Source: Escherichia phage ECML-10
Sequence record: OL631479.1
Strand: one strand, 5' to 3'
Length of the DNA: 64,000 nt
The translations under genes were made by a program, and so were the position numbers. Each line of letters starts with the position of its first letter. Position 1 is the first letter of the stretch. The notes beneath the pieces are model-generated. The model was not told the origin of the DNA, did no database searches, and saw nothing but the letters and a program-made list of their open reading frames with translations. Shown here in pieces: positions 17,334-27,767 of the stretch.

Positions 17334-18316
17334 TGCTAAAACTGTGCACTGCAAAGATCATTGCTGACAGCATTTCCGAGAAAGGTAAGCGCATCACAAC
17401 TTTTGAGCTAGAGTATCCTCGAATTATTCACTCAGAGCTTATGACGCACCGAGTGTTCAGCCGAAACGCCATGTCTTCCCGTGCAGTGCCTGTCGGAAAG
17501 ATGCTGCAACAGATTGTGGAGAATCCGGCAATGCCAGTTCGCTTCGGTGTAAATAAGCGAGGAATGGAAGATGGTGGGGAACACGATCAAAAGATCCGTG
17601 TAGAGTACACTGATATGGAGCTAACTCCGGAAGAGTTTTGGAAAGAAGCTGCAAAAAACGCCGCTTGGCATGCAGAGAAGTTTGCCCTTGCTGGTTACCA
17701 TAAGCAAGTATGTAACCGCTTAGTGGAGCCTTTTCAGCGCATGAAAACAGTTGTAACAAGCACCGAGTGGAATAATTTTTTCCACCTCCGTTGCTGGCAC
17801 GATGCGGATCCTACGATTCAGATGTTAGCTAATTGTATGTGGGAGGCTCTTGTGAATAGCACTCCTGAAATCCTTAAACCGGGTCAATGGCACACTCCAT
17901 ATGTAGAGCACGTTTATTTGGACGGGGAGTTTAACTACGCTGTACGTGACACAGAAGGAAAGCTCTGCATTCTCGATACTAAAGAAGCTCTGTCTATCAG
18001 TGCTAGTTGCTGTGCACAAGTATCTTATCGAAATATTGACAGCACGTTTGAAAAGGCAGACAGTGTGGCTAAAAAATTGATTGGTGGGGATCGTATTCAT
18101 GCAAGCCCTTACGAGCACCAGGCAACACCTATGGATCACGATAACGCAATGGAACGTTTAAACTACTACCTGTCTTCATGTGAAATCACACAAGACATCA
18201 GTACTTGGCAGGAAGGTGTAACCCATCAAGACCGTGATGGTAAATTCTGGTCTGCCAACTTTTGTGGGTGGGTTCAGCACAGACAACTGCTTAATAACCA
18301 CTTCGTGAAAGGTTAA
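17333..18316 (+). CDS. thyX: flavin-dependent thymidylate synthase ThyX-like
   Basis: THRVFSRNAMSSR resembles ThyX signature RHRxxSxNxxSxR (first Arg replaced). Confidence 0.5.
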   Translation: MLKLCTAKIIADSISEKGKRITTFELEYPRIIHSELMTHRVFSRNAMSSRAVPVGKMLQQIVENPAMPVRFGVNKRGMEDGGEHDQKIRVEYTDMELTPEEFWKEAAKNAAWHAEKFALAGYHKQVCNRLVEPFQRMKTVVTSTEWNNFFHLRCWHDADPTIQMLANCMWEALVNSTPEILKPGQWHTPYVEHVYLDGEFNYAVRDTEGKLCILDTKEALSISASCCAQVSYRNIDSTFEKADSVAKKLIGGDRIHASPYEHQATPMDHDNAMERLNYYLSSCEITQDISTWQEGVTHQDRDGKFWSANFCGWVQHRQLLNNHFVKG

Positions 18317-18345
18317 TCCTATCACAGCGATAGGTAACTTTTGTG

Positions 18346-18374
18346 TTGACTAATAGTATTAGATAATCTATAAT
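18346..18374 (+). promoter_or_regulatory. sigma70-type promoter (TTGACT-17-TATAAT)
   Basis: -35 at 18346-18351, -10 at 18369-18374. Confidence 0.5.
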
Positions 18375-18414
18375 AATGGCTCACTTTGTTGGTGAGCCAG
18401 AAATGGAGACAGAT

Positions 18415-18876
18415 ATGAGTAATGTTATGATTCCTAAAAAGACATTTATTTCAGTTACTTTGGATTTCCTATCTACCGTTCCCGGGTTTAACGTTCGCAC
18501 ACGAAACGGTCTCCGAGCTGCACTCTTTGCCGTAGGGTTTGATTTAAAAAGTATTGATGTTCTTCGTGGAAAAAACGTTCGATGCAAAAATAAGCCAACA
18601 CATTATCGAAAGGCAGATGTATTTGCTGGTGTCATGCGTGCAGACTTTAGATACCCGCAAATGTATAACGGTGTAGATATTTTAGATGTGGATAAAGCAC
18701 CTGGTGAGGCAATGCTTGTTCAAGATCTTCCGTATGATATTCCTGTAGAGGATCGTGTTAATGTAAGAAAGTATACAAAACAATCTGAAAAGGCTGAAGA
18801 TATTCATATTGTTGATGAACCTTTCAATTTTGAAGATCTGCATCGCCTGGAAAAATTATTCGGTATTGAAAGCTAA
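18415..18876 (+). CDS. hypothetical protein
   Basis: Track start 18376 lies upstream of predicted transcript start; moved to ATG 18415 (SD GGAGA). Confidence 0.45.
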   Translation: MSNVMIPKKTFISVTLDFLSTVPGFNVRTRNGLRAALFAVGFDLKSIDVLRGKNVRCKNKPTHYRKADVFAGVMRADFRYPQMYNGVDILDVDKAPGEAMLVQDLPYDIPVEDRVNVRKYTKQSEKAEDIHIVDEPFNFEDLHRLEKLFGIES

Positions 18877-18886
18877 GGTGGTGAAG

Positions 18887-19117
18887 ATGAGTCATAACTC
18901 CAAGTGGAAGGATCTTGGTTTTGCAAGTCGGTCAGAGTATGTTGGTTGGCTTTGGTTCAACGGCCTGACAAATGATATTAAAATGTATGATGATGTTTAT
19001 TATGACGAGTATACAGGCAAAATTATAAATATCTCTGTAGAAGAGGATACCTTTATCCAGCAAGATACTGATACCTGCCTTGATAAATACGTTGATGAAG
19101 TGGAGGAAGCAAATTGA
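18887..19117 (+). CDS. hypothetical acidic protein
   Basis: Start moved to ATG 18887 (SD AAGGTGGTG). Confidence 0.5.
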   Translation: MSHNSKWKDLGFASRSEYVGWLWFNGLTNDIKMYDDVYYDEYTGKIINISVEEDTFIQQDTDTCLDKYVDEVEEAN

Positions 19118-21429
19118 TCACCAAGGTAATTAAAAGCAACGGATGTGAAGTGGCATTCGATCCAGAACGTTTAAATAAGGCAGCTATTTTCGGTGACGAC
19201 GGTAACGGCAATTGGTCACATATTGCACTGGATGCATACAAACGACTGTATGATGGATGTACAACCAAAGAAGTTAACCAAGCTATCATAGACTCCTGTG
19301 TTAGCCGTAAAGACGAAGCACATTCCTGTATGGCTGGTCGTGTTCTTATTGGTCAGATTTATAAAGAGGCTTTTGGAGGGTTTACAAAGATCCCTTCCTT
19401 ACCATCATTTTACAACGACATGGTTGAGAAAGGGTATTGGGAGGATATGGGATATAGCTTTACCGAGCTAAACACTTTAGACGCTGTTATTGACCACAGT
19501 AAAGATCTCGGTTATGGCTATGCAGTCCTTAAACAGTTTCGCGACAAATACGGGATCAAGGATACTCTTAAAGACACCTTGTTTGAATCTCCCCAGATGA
19601 TGTTTATGGGGATAGCAATGGCTGTCATGAAGAATATGCCGAAAGAACGTCGTATCAACGATGTTGTAAAATTATACACTTATCTGTCCGACTTAAAGAT
19701 CAATGCCCCGACACCGTACTTAAACGGGCTGCGCACAGGTAAGACAGGGTATGCATCTTGTTGTGTAATAAAAGCTGACGATACAGCAAAATCTATTGGT
19801 GTGGCACGTGAAGTTGCGTACACAATGACGGTTAACCAAGCAGGTATCGGCTACTATTTATCATCAAGATCTGCAGGTGATGGTGTTCGCGGTAACACTA
19901 TTAAACACATGGGTAAGATTCCATATTATCGAGGTATTGACGCTGGGGTTAAGGAGAACAGGCAACAATCACGTGGCGGTTCTGCAACAGTATCATTCCT
20001 TGCACTAGACCCGCAGATTGATGAGCTAATCCGCTTGAGAAACCCTATGACTGTTGCTTCAAAAAGAATCAACACCATGGACTACTCCATCGGTATTAAT
20101 AGGTCGTTTATCAACCGTGTGGCTAAGAATTTAGATTGGATGCTTGTTTCTTATAAGCACGCTCCTCAACTGCATGAGGGTATCTTCACCATGTCTATGG
20201 AGGAGTTTGATGCAGAGGTTGATCGTATTGCTAAAGATGACAGTATCCCTAAAACATGGATCCGAGCCAGAGATCTTGCTGTTGAACTGATCACGCAGCG
20301 TACTGAGGTGGGAAGGCTGTATGTATACTGGACAGATGAGATGAATAGACATACACCTTTTAAAGATGTGATCTATTCAAGTAACCTGTGTGCAGAAATA
20401 GCCCTCCCTACAAAAGGCTATTCAGATATGCGTAATATCTTCAAGTACGATGCTGATGATGGAGAGGTTGCATTGTGCTTCCTGTCATCTCTTGTAGCTG
20501 GAAGGGTTACTCCAGAGGAGTATGAGGATGTTGCATACTACACGGTGCTTATGATTGACAATGTTATGGAAATCATGACATATCCGTATGAAAATATGGA
20601 AAGCACAGTTAAAAAACGCAGATCCATCGGGGTTGGCCTTACCAATGTTGCACATTTTATTGCCAGCCACAAGGTTACTTACGGATCTCCTGAAAGTAAA
20701 CAGCTTGTTCACGATCTTGCAGAACTTCACAGCTACAGCTTGCATAAGGCAAGTTTACGGTTGGCAAAAGAGCGTGGTGTCTGCGAGTGGATGCATAAAA
20801 CAAAATATCCAGAAGGTTGGTTACCAATCGACACCTATAACAAAGAGGTCGATAGCGTGGTGAAAGATCCTTCTCTTAAACAGGATTGGGAAGGGTTACG
20901 TAAAGAAATTATTGAAAATGGTGGGCTACGTAATAGCGTTCTTGAAGCATATATGCCTAATGAAAGCTCTTCGCTGGCAACAAACACCACTAACGGGGTT
21001 TATCCTGTCCGTGAGCACATTATCTTTAAAAAGTCGCCACAAGGGCAGGTGCTGTTTATCGTTCCTGACTATGATGAGTTGAAAGAGTATTACACCTCGG
21101 CTTGGGACGTTGATACTAACGACATGATCGATATGTATGCTGTGATTCAAAAATTTACAGGTCAGGCAATCAGCGCGGATTTATACATAGACTACACCAA
21201 GTTGAAAGATGGTAAAATTTCAATGAAGGAGCAGCTAGGGTACCTTATCCGTGCCACTAAATTCGGGATGAAGACATGGTATTATTTAAACTCCAGGGTT
21301 GGTGCTGGTGACTCATTGGCAGAGGAACTTCATGCCAAGAAACAGGCTGAAGATGAAACCAGAAAGAACTACCCTTTGATTGCAGATAGTTCGGTTGAAG
21401 ATCCGTATTGCGAAAGTTGTGCACTATAA
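19114..21429 (+). CDS. nrdA: ribonucleotide reductase class Ia large subunit
   Basis: 771 aa; N-terminal ATP cone; active-site SNLCAEI; TTG start with SD GGAGGAAG. Confidence 0.9.
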   Translation: MITKVIKSNGCEVAFDPERLNKAAIFGDDGNGNWSHIALDAYKRLYDGCTTKEVNQAIIDSCVSRKDEAHSCMAGRVLIGQIYKEAFGGFTKIPSLPSFYNDMVEKGYWEDMGYSFTELNTLDAVIDHSKDLGYGYAVLKQFRDKYGIKDTLKDTLFESPQMMFMGIAMAVMKNMPKERRINDVVKLYTYLSDLKINAPTPYLNGLRTGKTGYASCCVIKADDTAKSIGVAREVAYTMTVNQAGIGYYLSSRSAGDGVRGNTIKHMGKIPYYRGIDAGVKENRQQSRGGSATVSFLALDPQIDELIRLRNPMTVASKRINTMDYSIGINRSFINRVAKNLDWMLVSYKHAPQLHEGIFTMSMEEFDAEVDRIAKDDSIPKTWIRARDLAVELITQRTEVGRLYVYWTDEMNRHTPFKDVIYSSNLCAEIALPTKGYSDMRNIFKYDADDGEVALCFLSSLVAGRVTPEEYEDVAYYTVLMIDNVMEIMTYPYENMESTVKKRRSIGVGLTNVAHFIASHKVTYGSPESKQLVHDLAELHSYSLHKASLRLAKERGVCEWMHKTKYPEGWLPIDTYNKEVDSVVKDPSLKQDWEGLRKEIIENGGLRNSVLEAYMPNESSSLATNTTNGVYPVREHIIFKKSPQGQVLFIVPDYDELKEYYTSAWDVDTNDMIDMYAVIQKFTGQAISADLYIDYTKLKDGKISMKEQLGYLIRATKFGMKTWYYLNSRVGAGDSLAEELHAKKQAEDETRKNYPLIADSSVEDPYCESCAL

Positions 21430-21435
21430 TTTTAA

Positions 21436-21457
21436 AGGGGCTTCGGCCCCATTTTAG
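21436..21457 (+). terminator. rho-independent terminator
   Basis: GGGGC-TTCG-GCCCC followed by ATTTTA. Confidence 0.55.
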
Positions 21458-21468
21458 AGGTTAGAATA

Positions 21469-22557
21469 ATGGCTGTATTTAATGCTGAGAACACCGCTCA
21501 TAAAACTGGTGACTATCCGCTGTTTCTAGGACAGCAAATGGGTATGTATGACTCTATCAACAAAAAATATCCACAACTGTTTGAACTATACAAAAAACAA
21601 AAAGAGCAAGATTGGGCAGAGGATGAAGTGGATTTGTCGCAATCTATTTCAGATTTTGTAACATGCTCCAAGTCAACTTATGACGTGATGGTGCAGACCT
21701 TGATGTGGCAATGGGAGGCTGATAGCGTTGCGGCAAGATCGATCATCTGCCTCTTTTCACCATTCATCACTAATAGTGAGCTTTTCACTCTATTGATGAA
21801 ACAGTCAGAGATTGAAGTTCTTCACGCACTAACTTACTCAGAGATTGTTAGACAATGCCTCCCCAATGCCCGTGAGATTATAGAAGAGATTCAGGAAAAC
21901 CAAAACGTTCTGAGCAGATCTGGCGTTATTGTCAAATACATGCAAGAGCTCGAGGTTATTGGTGCAAAATACCGACTGGATCCTTCTAGTGTTGAAGAAG
22001 ATGTTGTGCGGAAATGCATTCTTAGAGCGCTTTTTGCACTTTTAGCCCTGGAAAGTATTGAGTTTATTGCAAGTTTTGCATGCACTTTCGCAGTAGCTGA
22101 ACAGGGTATCTTTGTTCAGGTGGCGCAGCTTGTTCAAAAAATCATGCTTGACGAAATGCTACATTCGAAAGGTGATTTTGCCATCATTGATATCCTGCTT
22201 AATGATCCCACATGGGAGAAAAGCTTCCTTGAGATAAAGGGGGAGTTAAAAGAGATTCTTGATGAAGTACGAACCAAAGAGTACGGTTGGAGTGACTATA
22301 TTTTCAGCGAAGGAAGGGCGATTATAGGTCTTAACTCACCGTTGCTTAAAGAATGGGTTGACTATAACTGCTCACCGATTTATGATTACTACGACATCGA
22401 CAAAGACTTTGTGCCGCCAACAAAGGACCCGCTACCGTTTATGCAGGTGTGGATGAAACCTTCATTGCAACAGACGGCGAACCAAGAAATGTCGAACACT
22501 GACTACCGCGTCAACACAACTGTTAACGACGCTGAAGAAGAAATTTGGGAGTTTTAA
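21469..22557 (+). CDS. nrdB: ribonucleotide reductase class Ia small subunit
   Basis: 362 aa directly downstream of nrdA; size and position typical of the radical-generating subunit. Confidence 0.8.
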   Translation: MAVFNAENTAHKTGDYPLFLGQQMGMYDSINKKYPQLFELYKKQKEQDWAEDEVDLSQSISDFVTCSKSTYDVMVQTLMWQWEADSVAARSIICLFSPFITNSELFTLLMKQSEIEVLHALTYSEIVRQCLPNAREIIEEIQENQNVLSRSGVIVKYMQELEVIGAKYRLDPSSVEEDVVRKCILRALFALLALESIEFIASFACTFAVAEQGIFVQVAQLVQKIMLDEMLHSKGDFAIIDILLNDPTWEKSFLEIKGELKEILDEVRTKEYGWSDYIFSEGRAIIGLNSPLLKEWVDYNCSPIYDYYDIDKDFVPPTKDPLPFMQVWMKPSLQQTANQEMSNTDYRVNTTVNDAEEEIWEF

Positions 22558-22560
22558 TAT

Positions 22561-22839
22561 ATGAGCTGCGAAAAATCTTTTTTCATCATCATTTACGGTA
22601 AGGATAACTGCCCACATTGTGTCAGAGCAAAAGAATTTGCAATCAGCAAAGGTCTGCCTTTTGTATATAAGACACTTGGCGAGGGCTACACAAAAGAAGA
22701 GCTTATTGAGAAGTGTAGTCCAATCGTCCCCCGAACGTTGCCGCAGATCTTCTTAGAAAGCGATCTTGACAGTATCCATATAGGCGGTGCCGACGATTTC
22801 ATCTCTTTTGTTAAGAATGGTTTTGGAGAGAAAAAGTGA
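22561..22839 (+). CDS. glutaredoxin-like redoxin
   Basis: CPHC active site, GGADDF motif, 92 aa, between nrdB and nrdD. Confidence 0.7.
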   Translation: MSCEKSFFIIIYGKDNCPHCVRAKEFAISKGLPFVYKTLGEGYTKEELIEKCSPIVPRTLPQIFLESDLDSIHIGGADDFISFVKNGFGEKK

Positions 22840-23681
22840 AAGTTGTAAAACGGGACGGTAGAGAAGAGTTCTATAACGGAATTAAGGTGATCAAGGCGGC
22901 AGAGTCCGCCTTATTTGAGTCTGGACATACTGAAGAAGAAGCTTACCGGATCGCCTGCGAGGTTAATGAAGTTGTTGCTAACAATCTACCAACCGACCAG
23001 TGCACGATCTCTGTAAAAAATATCCATATCCTTGTTGAAGACGCTCTTATGGATATGGGTTTAAAATGTGCAGCCAGAGAATACATCCAGTATAGGCAGA
23101 CAAGAGATAATAACAGAGAGGCAGGTGGAAAACTGCTCGCAGATATTAGTGGCTTCTTGGATCGCACTTGTGATGAATTTACAAAAGAAAACGCAAATAA
23201 GCCTACCAATCATGTACACACTCATCGTGACCTGCTTGCAGGCATCCTTAGCAAACACCTTGCATCAACACAGATCCTGCCAGACCGTGTCTCAGAAGAG
23301 CACAATAAAGGCTTCATCCATGTGCATGATCTTGACTACTTGATCAGTCCGTTAACAAACTGTTGTTTGGTAAATTATCCAGATATGTTGGAAAACGGAT
23401 TCAACATTGGTAACGCCCATGTCAGTAAGCCGAAGTCAATAGGGGTTGCAACAACAATCCTTAGCCAAATCTCTAGTGCGGTAGCTAGTGCTCAATATGG
23501 GGGTCAGACTATGAGCCATATTGATCATTATCTGGCACAGTATGCTGAAGCGACCTATGAGAAGAACCTTAAATTTTGCCAGGAACATTGGTTGCCAGAT
23601 GCTGAGACTGTTGCAATGCAAATGACAGATAAAGACGTATTTGACAGTATGCAGACATTACTTTATCAAATCAACACGTTA
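22836..23681 (+). CDS. nrdD: anaerobic ribonucleotide reductase NrdD, exon 1 (3' boundary approximate)
   Basis: MKVVKRDGREEFYNGIK ATP cone aligns with E. coli NrdD N-terminus; frame stops at 23697 just after conserved NTL. Confidence 0.7.
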
Positions 23682-24483
23682 ACCTCTGTCAACGGTTAAC
23701 AAACTGGCCGTTGTAAAACTCTCCTAACCTCATAAGAGGGGTCGGTAAATCCGGCTAACGGGGAACGCTAAGGCGAAAGCTATGCCAATCCCGTGACTAG
23801 TTCTTACAGGAGTTGGAACGGTTGTAACGACTAACGAAAGGCAGAGATGCTTGACAAACATTTCTGAACCAAGTAGTGTAGGGGTTAGTTGAAATACTAA
23901 CTTCGAAATGGAGAGGCTCTATGAAAAAGATCATTCTTAATGGTGAAGAATCAAACTATGTGATTGATGAGGTTGGAAACGTATACGGAAAACGTGGAAT
24001 GCTACACCCAATATTGTGGGGAGGTTATGGAAAAGGTAACAAGCATGTTAAACGCCGTTATATGTACTCTTTCAACCACAAAGGTAAAAAGATTCGAATC
24101 CAAACCTCAAGGATTGTTGCCTTGTATTGTTTGCCGGATGTCCCAGAAGACCCTGAAAACTGGGAAGTGAATCATAAAGATGGCAATACATTGAATGATC
24201 ATCCGTCTAACCTAGAGTGGGTTTTGCCGGAAGATAATAAGAGACATGCTTTCCGAACAGGACTTTGTCCAGGTAAGTGCTATAGGAAAGTGCAGGCATA
24301 CAAAGGGAAAACCTTGGTGGGTGAATATCCTTCACTCTATGCCTGTGCAAAAGCCTTAAATTTGAACGTAGGTAACGTTCATAGGGCTATCGAAGGAAAT
24401 GCCGAAGGTAAGCATCTCACAATAAAGGGTTATTATCTTATTGAAGTAGAGTAAGAGATAGTCTGGCCCTGTGGAAACACAGG
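23682..24483 (+). mobile_element. probable group I intron interrupting nrdD (boundaries approximate)
   Basis: About 800 nt between two nrdD halves whose products align contiguously with E. coli NrdD; contains a free-standing HNH ORF; exon 1 would end in T and the proposed intron in G. Confidence 0.5.
23921..24454 (+). CDS. intron-encoded HNH homing endonuclease
   Basis: VNHKDGNTLNDHPSNLEWV HNH motif; NUMOD-like YVIDEVGNVYGKRG; SD GGAGAGG. Confidence 0.7.
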   Translation: MKKIILNGEESNYVIDEVGNVYGKRGMLHPILWGGYGKGNKHVKRRYMYSFNHKGKKIRIQTSRIVALYCLPDVPEDPENWEVNHKDGNTLNDHPSNLEWVLPEDNKRHAFRTGLCPGKCYRKVQAYKGKTLVGEYPSLYACAKALNLNVGNVHRAIEGNAEGKHLTIKGYYLIEVE

Positions 24484-25756
24484 GAGGAGACAGCAGACTC
24501 CATTCATCACATTAAGTTTAGGACTGGATACCTCGGTCTTTGGTAGAATGATTACCAAAAACTACTTGAAAGTCCACAAAATGGGTCTTGGTGAAGAACG
24601 TATCACACCTGTGTTCCCTAAAGTGCTGTTCTTCCTAGAAGAGGGTGTCAACATGAACCCTGGAGATCCTAACTATGATTTGAAACGATTAGCTCTGGAA
24701 TGCTCTGCAGAGCGGATTTATCCTGACTTTGTTTCTGTTCCACTAAATCGTAAAGTGACAGGCTCGACAGATGGTAAAGTAACGAGCATGGGTTGCCGGA
24801 GTTTTCTTAGCAAATACAATGACTTGGAAACAGGCGAGGAGAAATACCTTGGTAGATTTAACTTAGGCGTTGTTAGCCTTAACCTGCCAATGATTGCGGC
24901 AAAAGCTAAGACGGAAGGTGTTGATTTCTTTGCCGTTCTTGACGAGTATCTGGATTTGGCATATGAAGCTCACCTTGTAAGGGTTAACCGTCTGAAAGGC
25001 ACCAAAGCAGGGCAGAACCCTATCATGTGGTGTGAAGGCGCTCTTGCTCGCCTGGATCCTGAAGAGAGTATTGATAAACTCTTCTATGACGGGTACGCTT
25101 CCATCAGTATTGGGTATATTGGTGTGTATGAAACCTGTCAGATTTTGGGCAGGGAGGGTGACAAGGCTTTAGCTCTTGGAATACTTCAGCACATGAGAGA
25201 TGCTTGTGAGCGATACAAGAAGGAAAGTAGACTAGCGTTTAGCTTGTACGGCACCCCTTCTGAGAGTCTATGCTATAAAGCTGCAACCTGTCTGGATCGT
25301 GAATATCCTGAAGTGTTGAAGCACGAGCATGAATATCTCACCAACAGTTTCCATCAGCCAGTATGGATCAATAGCTCTCCTTTTGATAAGTGGGAGTATG
25401 AGGAAGGTTTTGCTATGATCTCCTCTGGTGGCAACATCGGATACGTAGAGACACCAAATCTGAAAAACAACTTAGATGCTTTGGAAGCTCTTGTTGATTT
25501 CGGATATAAACACATTATGTATTTTGGTATCAACCAGCCTGTGGATAAATGTCTCAAGTGTGGTTTCTCTGGTGAGTTCAGTGCAACAGCTAAAGGCTTT
25601 GTATGCCCAGAGTGCGGAAACCATGAAGAGGGAACGATCAGCGTAATTCGACGTGTGTCTGGATACCTTTCCAGTCCTAACTCTCGTCCTTACAATAAAG
25701 GTAAGCAAGCGGAAGTTATCGAGCGAGTTAAGCACTACGGAAGTTGTGGTTGCTGA
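24484..25756 (+). CDS. nrdD: anaerobic ribonucleotide reductase NrdD, exon 2 (5' boundary approximate)
   Basis: GLDTSVFGRM...EEGVNMNPGDPNYD aligns with E. coli NrdD; C-terminal Zn ribbon and glycyl-radical motif RVSGYL. Confidence 0.7.
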
Positions 25757-25822
25757 TACTTGACAAAAGCCACAAGGATGTGGCACACTTAGTTCAAAGA
25801 TTAGAGCTAAGAAGGTTCAGCA

Positions 25823-26950
25823 GTGTCCAGAAAACTTACAACAGATGAGTTTATAAAGAGGGCAAAAGCAGTTCATGGAGATAAGTATGATTACTCTAAG
25901 GTTGAGTATGTAAATGCCTGCACCAAGGTTATAATTATCTGCCCATATCATGGAGAATTTGAACAAGCTACCCACCAACACCTTGCAGGACGAGGCTGCC
26001 GGGAATGTGGAAAGCTAAAAATGGCACAAAGCCACATTATACCACATAAGGAGTGGTTGAATGTTATCCAAGAGGTCAATCCTTATGTCGAAGTGATTGG
26101 AGAAATAATAAGCTGCAGAACAAAAGTGCCGTGCCGCTGCAAAATTTGCAGTCATGAATGGTCAGCAATGCCTTATCTTCTTAAACAAGGACATGGGTGC
26201 CCTAGATGCGGCAAGCTAAAATTCGCACAAAGCAGAGCTATAGCCCATACCGAGTGGGTCGAGGACATAACGAAGAAAAATACATATATTGAAATAGTAG
26301 AAAGGGTTAAAAATAGCGATACACCAGTATTGGCACGATGCAAAATTTGTAGTCATGAATGGTTAGCAAGACCATCCCATCTTAAACGAGGGCATGGGTG
26401 CCCTAGATGTAAAGGCAATGCAAAGAGATCCCATGTGGAATGGGTAGGGCATATAAAGGTTGTCAATCCAAGTATTAAAGTGCTTGGAAAAATTAAAAAC
26501 GGCAGTGCAAAAGTATTATGTAGGTGTAAGATTTGTGATTATGAATGGTCTCCTGCTCCTATTAGGCTCAAGCAAGGACATGGGTGCCCTAGATGTGCTA
26601 ACTACGGCTTTTTATCGTACAATCACGGCAAACTTTACATTATGGTTGATGACTTAGAAGTACCAACACTTATGAAGATCGGTATTAGCGTCAGTGTCGA
26701 AGAGAGAAAAGATAGGATATTGAAAAGTGCCAAAAGGGCAGGGGTAGGTATTTATGATCTCTACCTGGCGAAAACGTGGGAAGGATCAACTCAAAACATG
26801 GCAGATTTAGAAAAATCTGTGCATAAGGCCTTCAGCAAGTATAAAATAAACTTCCCTGTAAAATTTGATGGTAGCACAGAATTCTTCTACTACAGGCCTG
26901 AAGTGTTTGACACGGTGGAAGAAGTATACAGGAAGATTTGTGGTAAATGA
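25823..26950 (+). CDS. T5orf172-domain (GIY-YIG superfamily) putative homing endonuclease with four N-terminal Zn-ribbon repeats
   Basis: Four CxxC...GHGCPRC modules; C-terminal KLYIMVDD...LMKIGISVSVEERKDRI resembles the T5orf172 domain; GTG start. Confidence 0.6.
   Translation: MSRKLTTDEFIKRAKAVHGDKYDYSKVEYVNACTKVIIICPYHGEFEQATHQHLAGRGCRECGKLKMAQSHIIPHKEWLNVIQEVNPYVEVIGEIISCRTKVPCRCKICSHEWSAMPYLLKQGHGCPRCGKLKFAQSRAIAHTEWVEDITKKNTYIEIVERVKNSDTPVLARCKICSHEWLARPSHLKRGHGCPRCKGNAKRSHVEWVGHIKVVNPSIKVLGKIKNGSAKVLCRCKICDYEWSPAPIRLKQGHGCPRCANYGFLSYNHGKLYIMVDDLEVPTLMKIGISVSVEERKDRILKSAKRAGVGIYDLYLAKTWEGSTQNMADLEKSVHKAFSKYKINFPVKFDGSTEFFYYRPEVFDTVEEVYRKICGK
26104..26610 (+). repeat. intragenic tandem repeats (about 190-200 nt period) encoding the Zn-ribbon modules
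   Basis: Near-identical stretches GCAAAATTTG(C/T)AGTCATGAATGG and GGACATGGGTGCCCTAGATG recur three times. Confidence 0.6.
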
Positions 26951-27002
26951 TCGTAGAAAGATATGCATATCTTAAATATGCTATTAACTAAGGAGGTTCA
27001 GT

Positions 27003-27119
27003 ATGTCATCGGGTATCTATAAAATCTGCAAGTGCGGTTGTCATTGTAATCTTCGTTGGTGCAAGGCACTGGACGATTTTATTTGGCATTGCCCTAAATG
27101 TGATGCGGAGTATCTATGA
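27003..27119 (+). CDS. Cys-rich 38-aa micro-protein (putative zinc ribbon)
   Basis: SD AAGGAGG before ATG 27003; 8 Cys in 38 aa (CKCGCHC...CPKC); stop overlaps nrdG start (ATGA). Confidence 0.4.
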   Translation: MSSGIYKICKCGCHCNLRWCKALDDFIWHCPKCDAEYL

Positions 27120-27589
27120 ACATTGCCGGATACACAGAAATATCTTACACCGAAGGGCCAGGTATTAGAACTGCCTTATGGGTATCTGGGTGCCCACACG
27201 CCTGCCCTGGTTGCTTTAATCAGGCATTTTGGTCAAAAGATAAAGGAAGAGAGTTCACTGAAGAAGACTTGCAAAAAATCTTGTCAGATTTAGATAACCC
27301 GTCTGTGTGCGGTATCTCTCTGCTGGGTGGAGAACCCTTAGCATACTATAATGAGCCAGATATTATTAACCTGATGGAGAAAATTAAGGAAAAATTTGGT
27401 GACAAGAAAACTATTCTTGTATATACTGGGTTCACATTTGACCATATCTCTAGCGATGTTCTTAAACTGGCTGATATCATCATTGACGGTAAGTATGTAA
27501 AAGATTTACCAACCAAGAAACCGTTCCGAGGTAGCGATAACCAAAGAATGTTTAAAAAAGTATCAGGCGGTTGGGTTCAGGTAGACTAG
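27116..27589 (+). CDS. nrdG: anaerobic ribonucleotide reductase activating protein (radical SAM)
   Basis: Radical-SAM cysteine cluster GCPHACPGC; 157 aa. Confidence 0.85.
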   Translation: MNIAGYTEISYTEGPGIRTALWVSGCPHACPGCFNQAFWSKDKGREFTEEDLQKILSDLDNPSVCGISLLGGEPLAYYNEPDIINLMEKIKEKFGDKKTILVYTGFTFDHISSDVLKLADIIIDGKYVKDLPTKKPFRGSDNQRMFKKVSGGWVQVD

Positions 27590-27592
27590 TTG

Positions 27593-27622
27593 TTGACAAA
27601 GCTTTGTTTAGATAGGTATAAT
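27593..27622 (+). promoter_or_regulatory. sigma70-type promoter (TTGACA-18-TATAAT)
   Basis: -35 at 27593-27598, -10 at 27617-27622. Confidence 0.55.
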
Positions 27623-27653
27623 TATCGTAAAATGAAAGCAGAGGAGGTGCCAA

Positions 27654-27767
27654 ATGGCTAAAAAAGCCTTGAAGAAGGCGTACAAGAAAGAGATTGCGCT
27701 TGAGCTTAAGAAAAAACACAAGCGTGAAAAGAAACATCATGAGGATGAAGAGGGGGTGCAACAGTGA
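27654..27767 (+). CDS. small lysine-rich 37-aa protein
   Basis: SD GAGGAGG before ATG 27654; MAKKALKKAYKKEIALELKKKHKREKKHH; below track size cutoff. Confidence 0.4.
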   Translation: MAKKALKKAYKKEIALELKKKHKREKKHHEDEEGVQQ

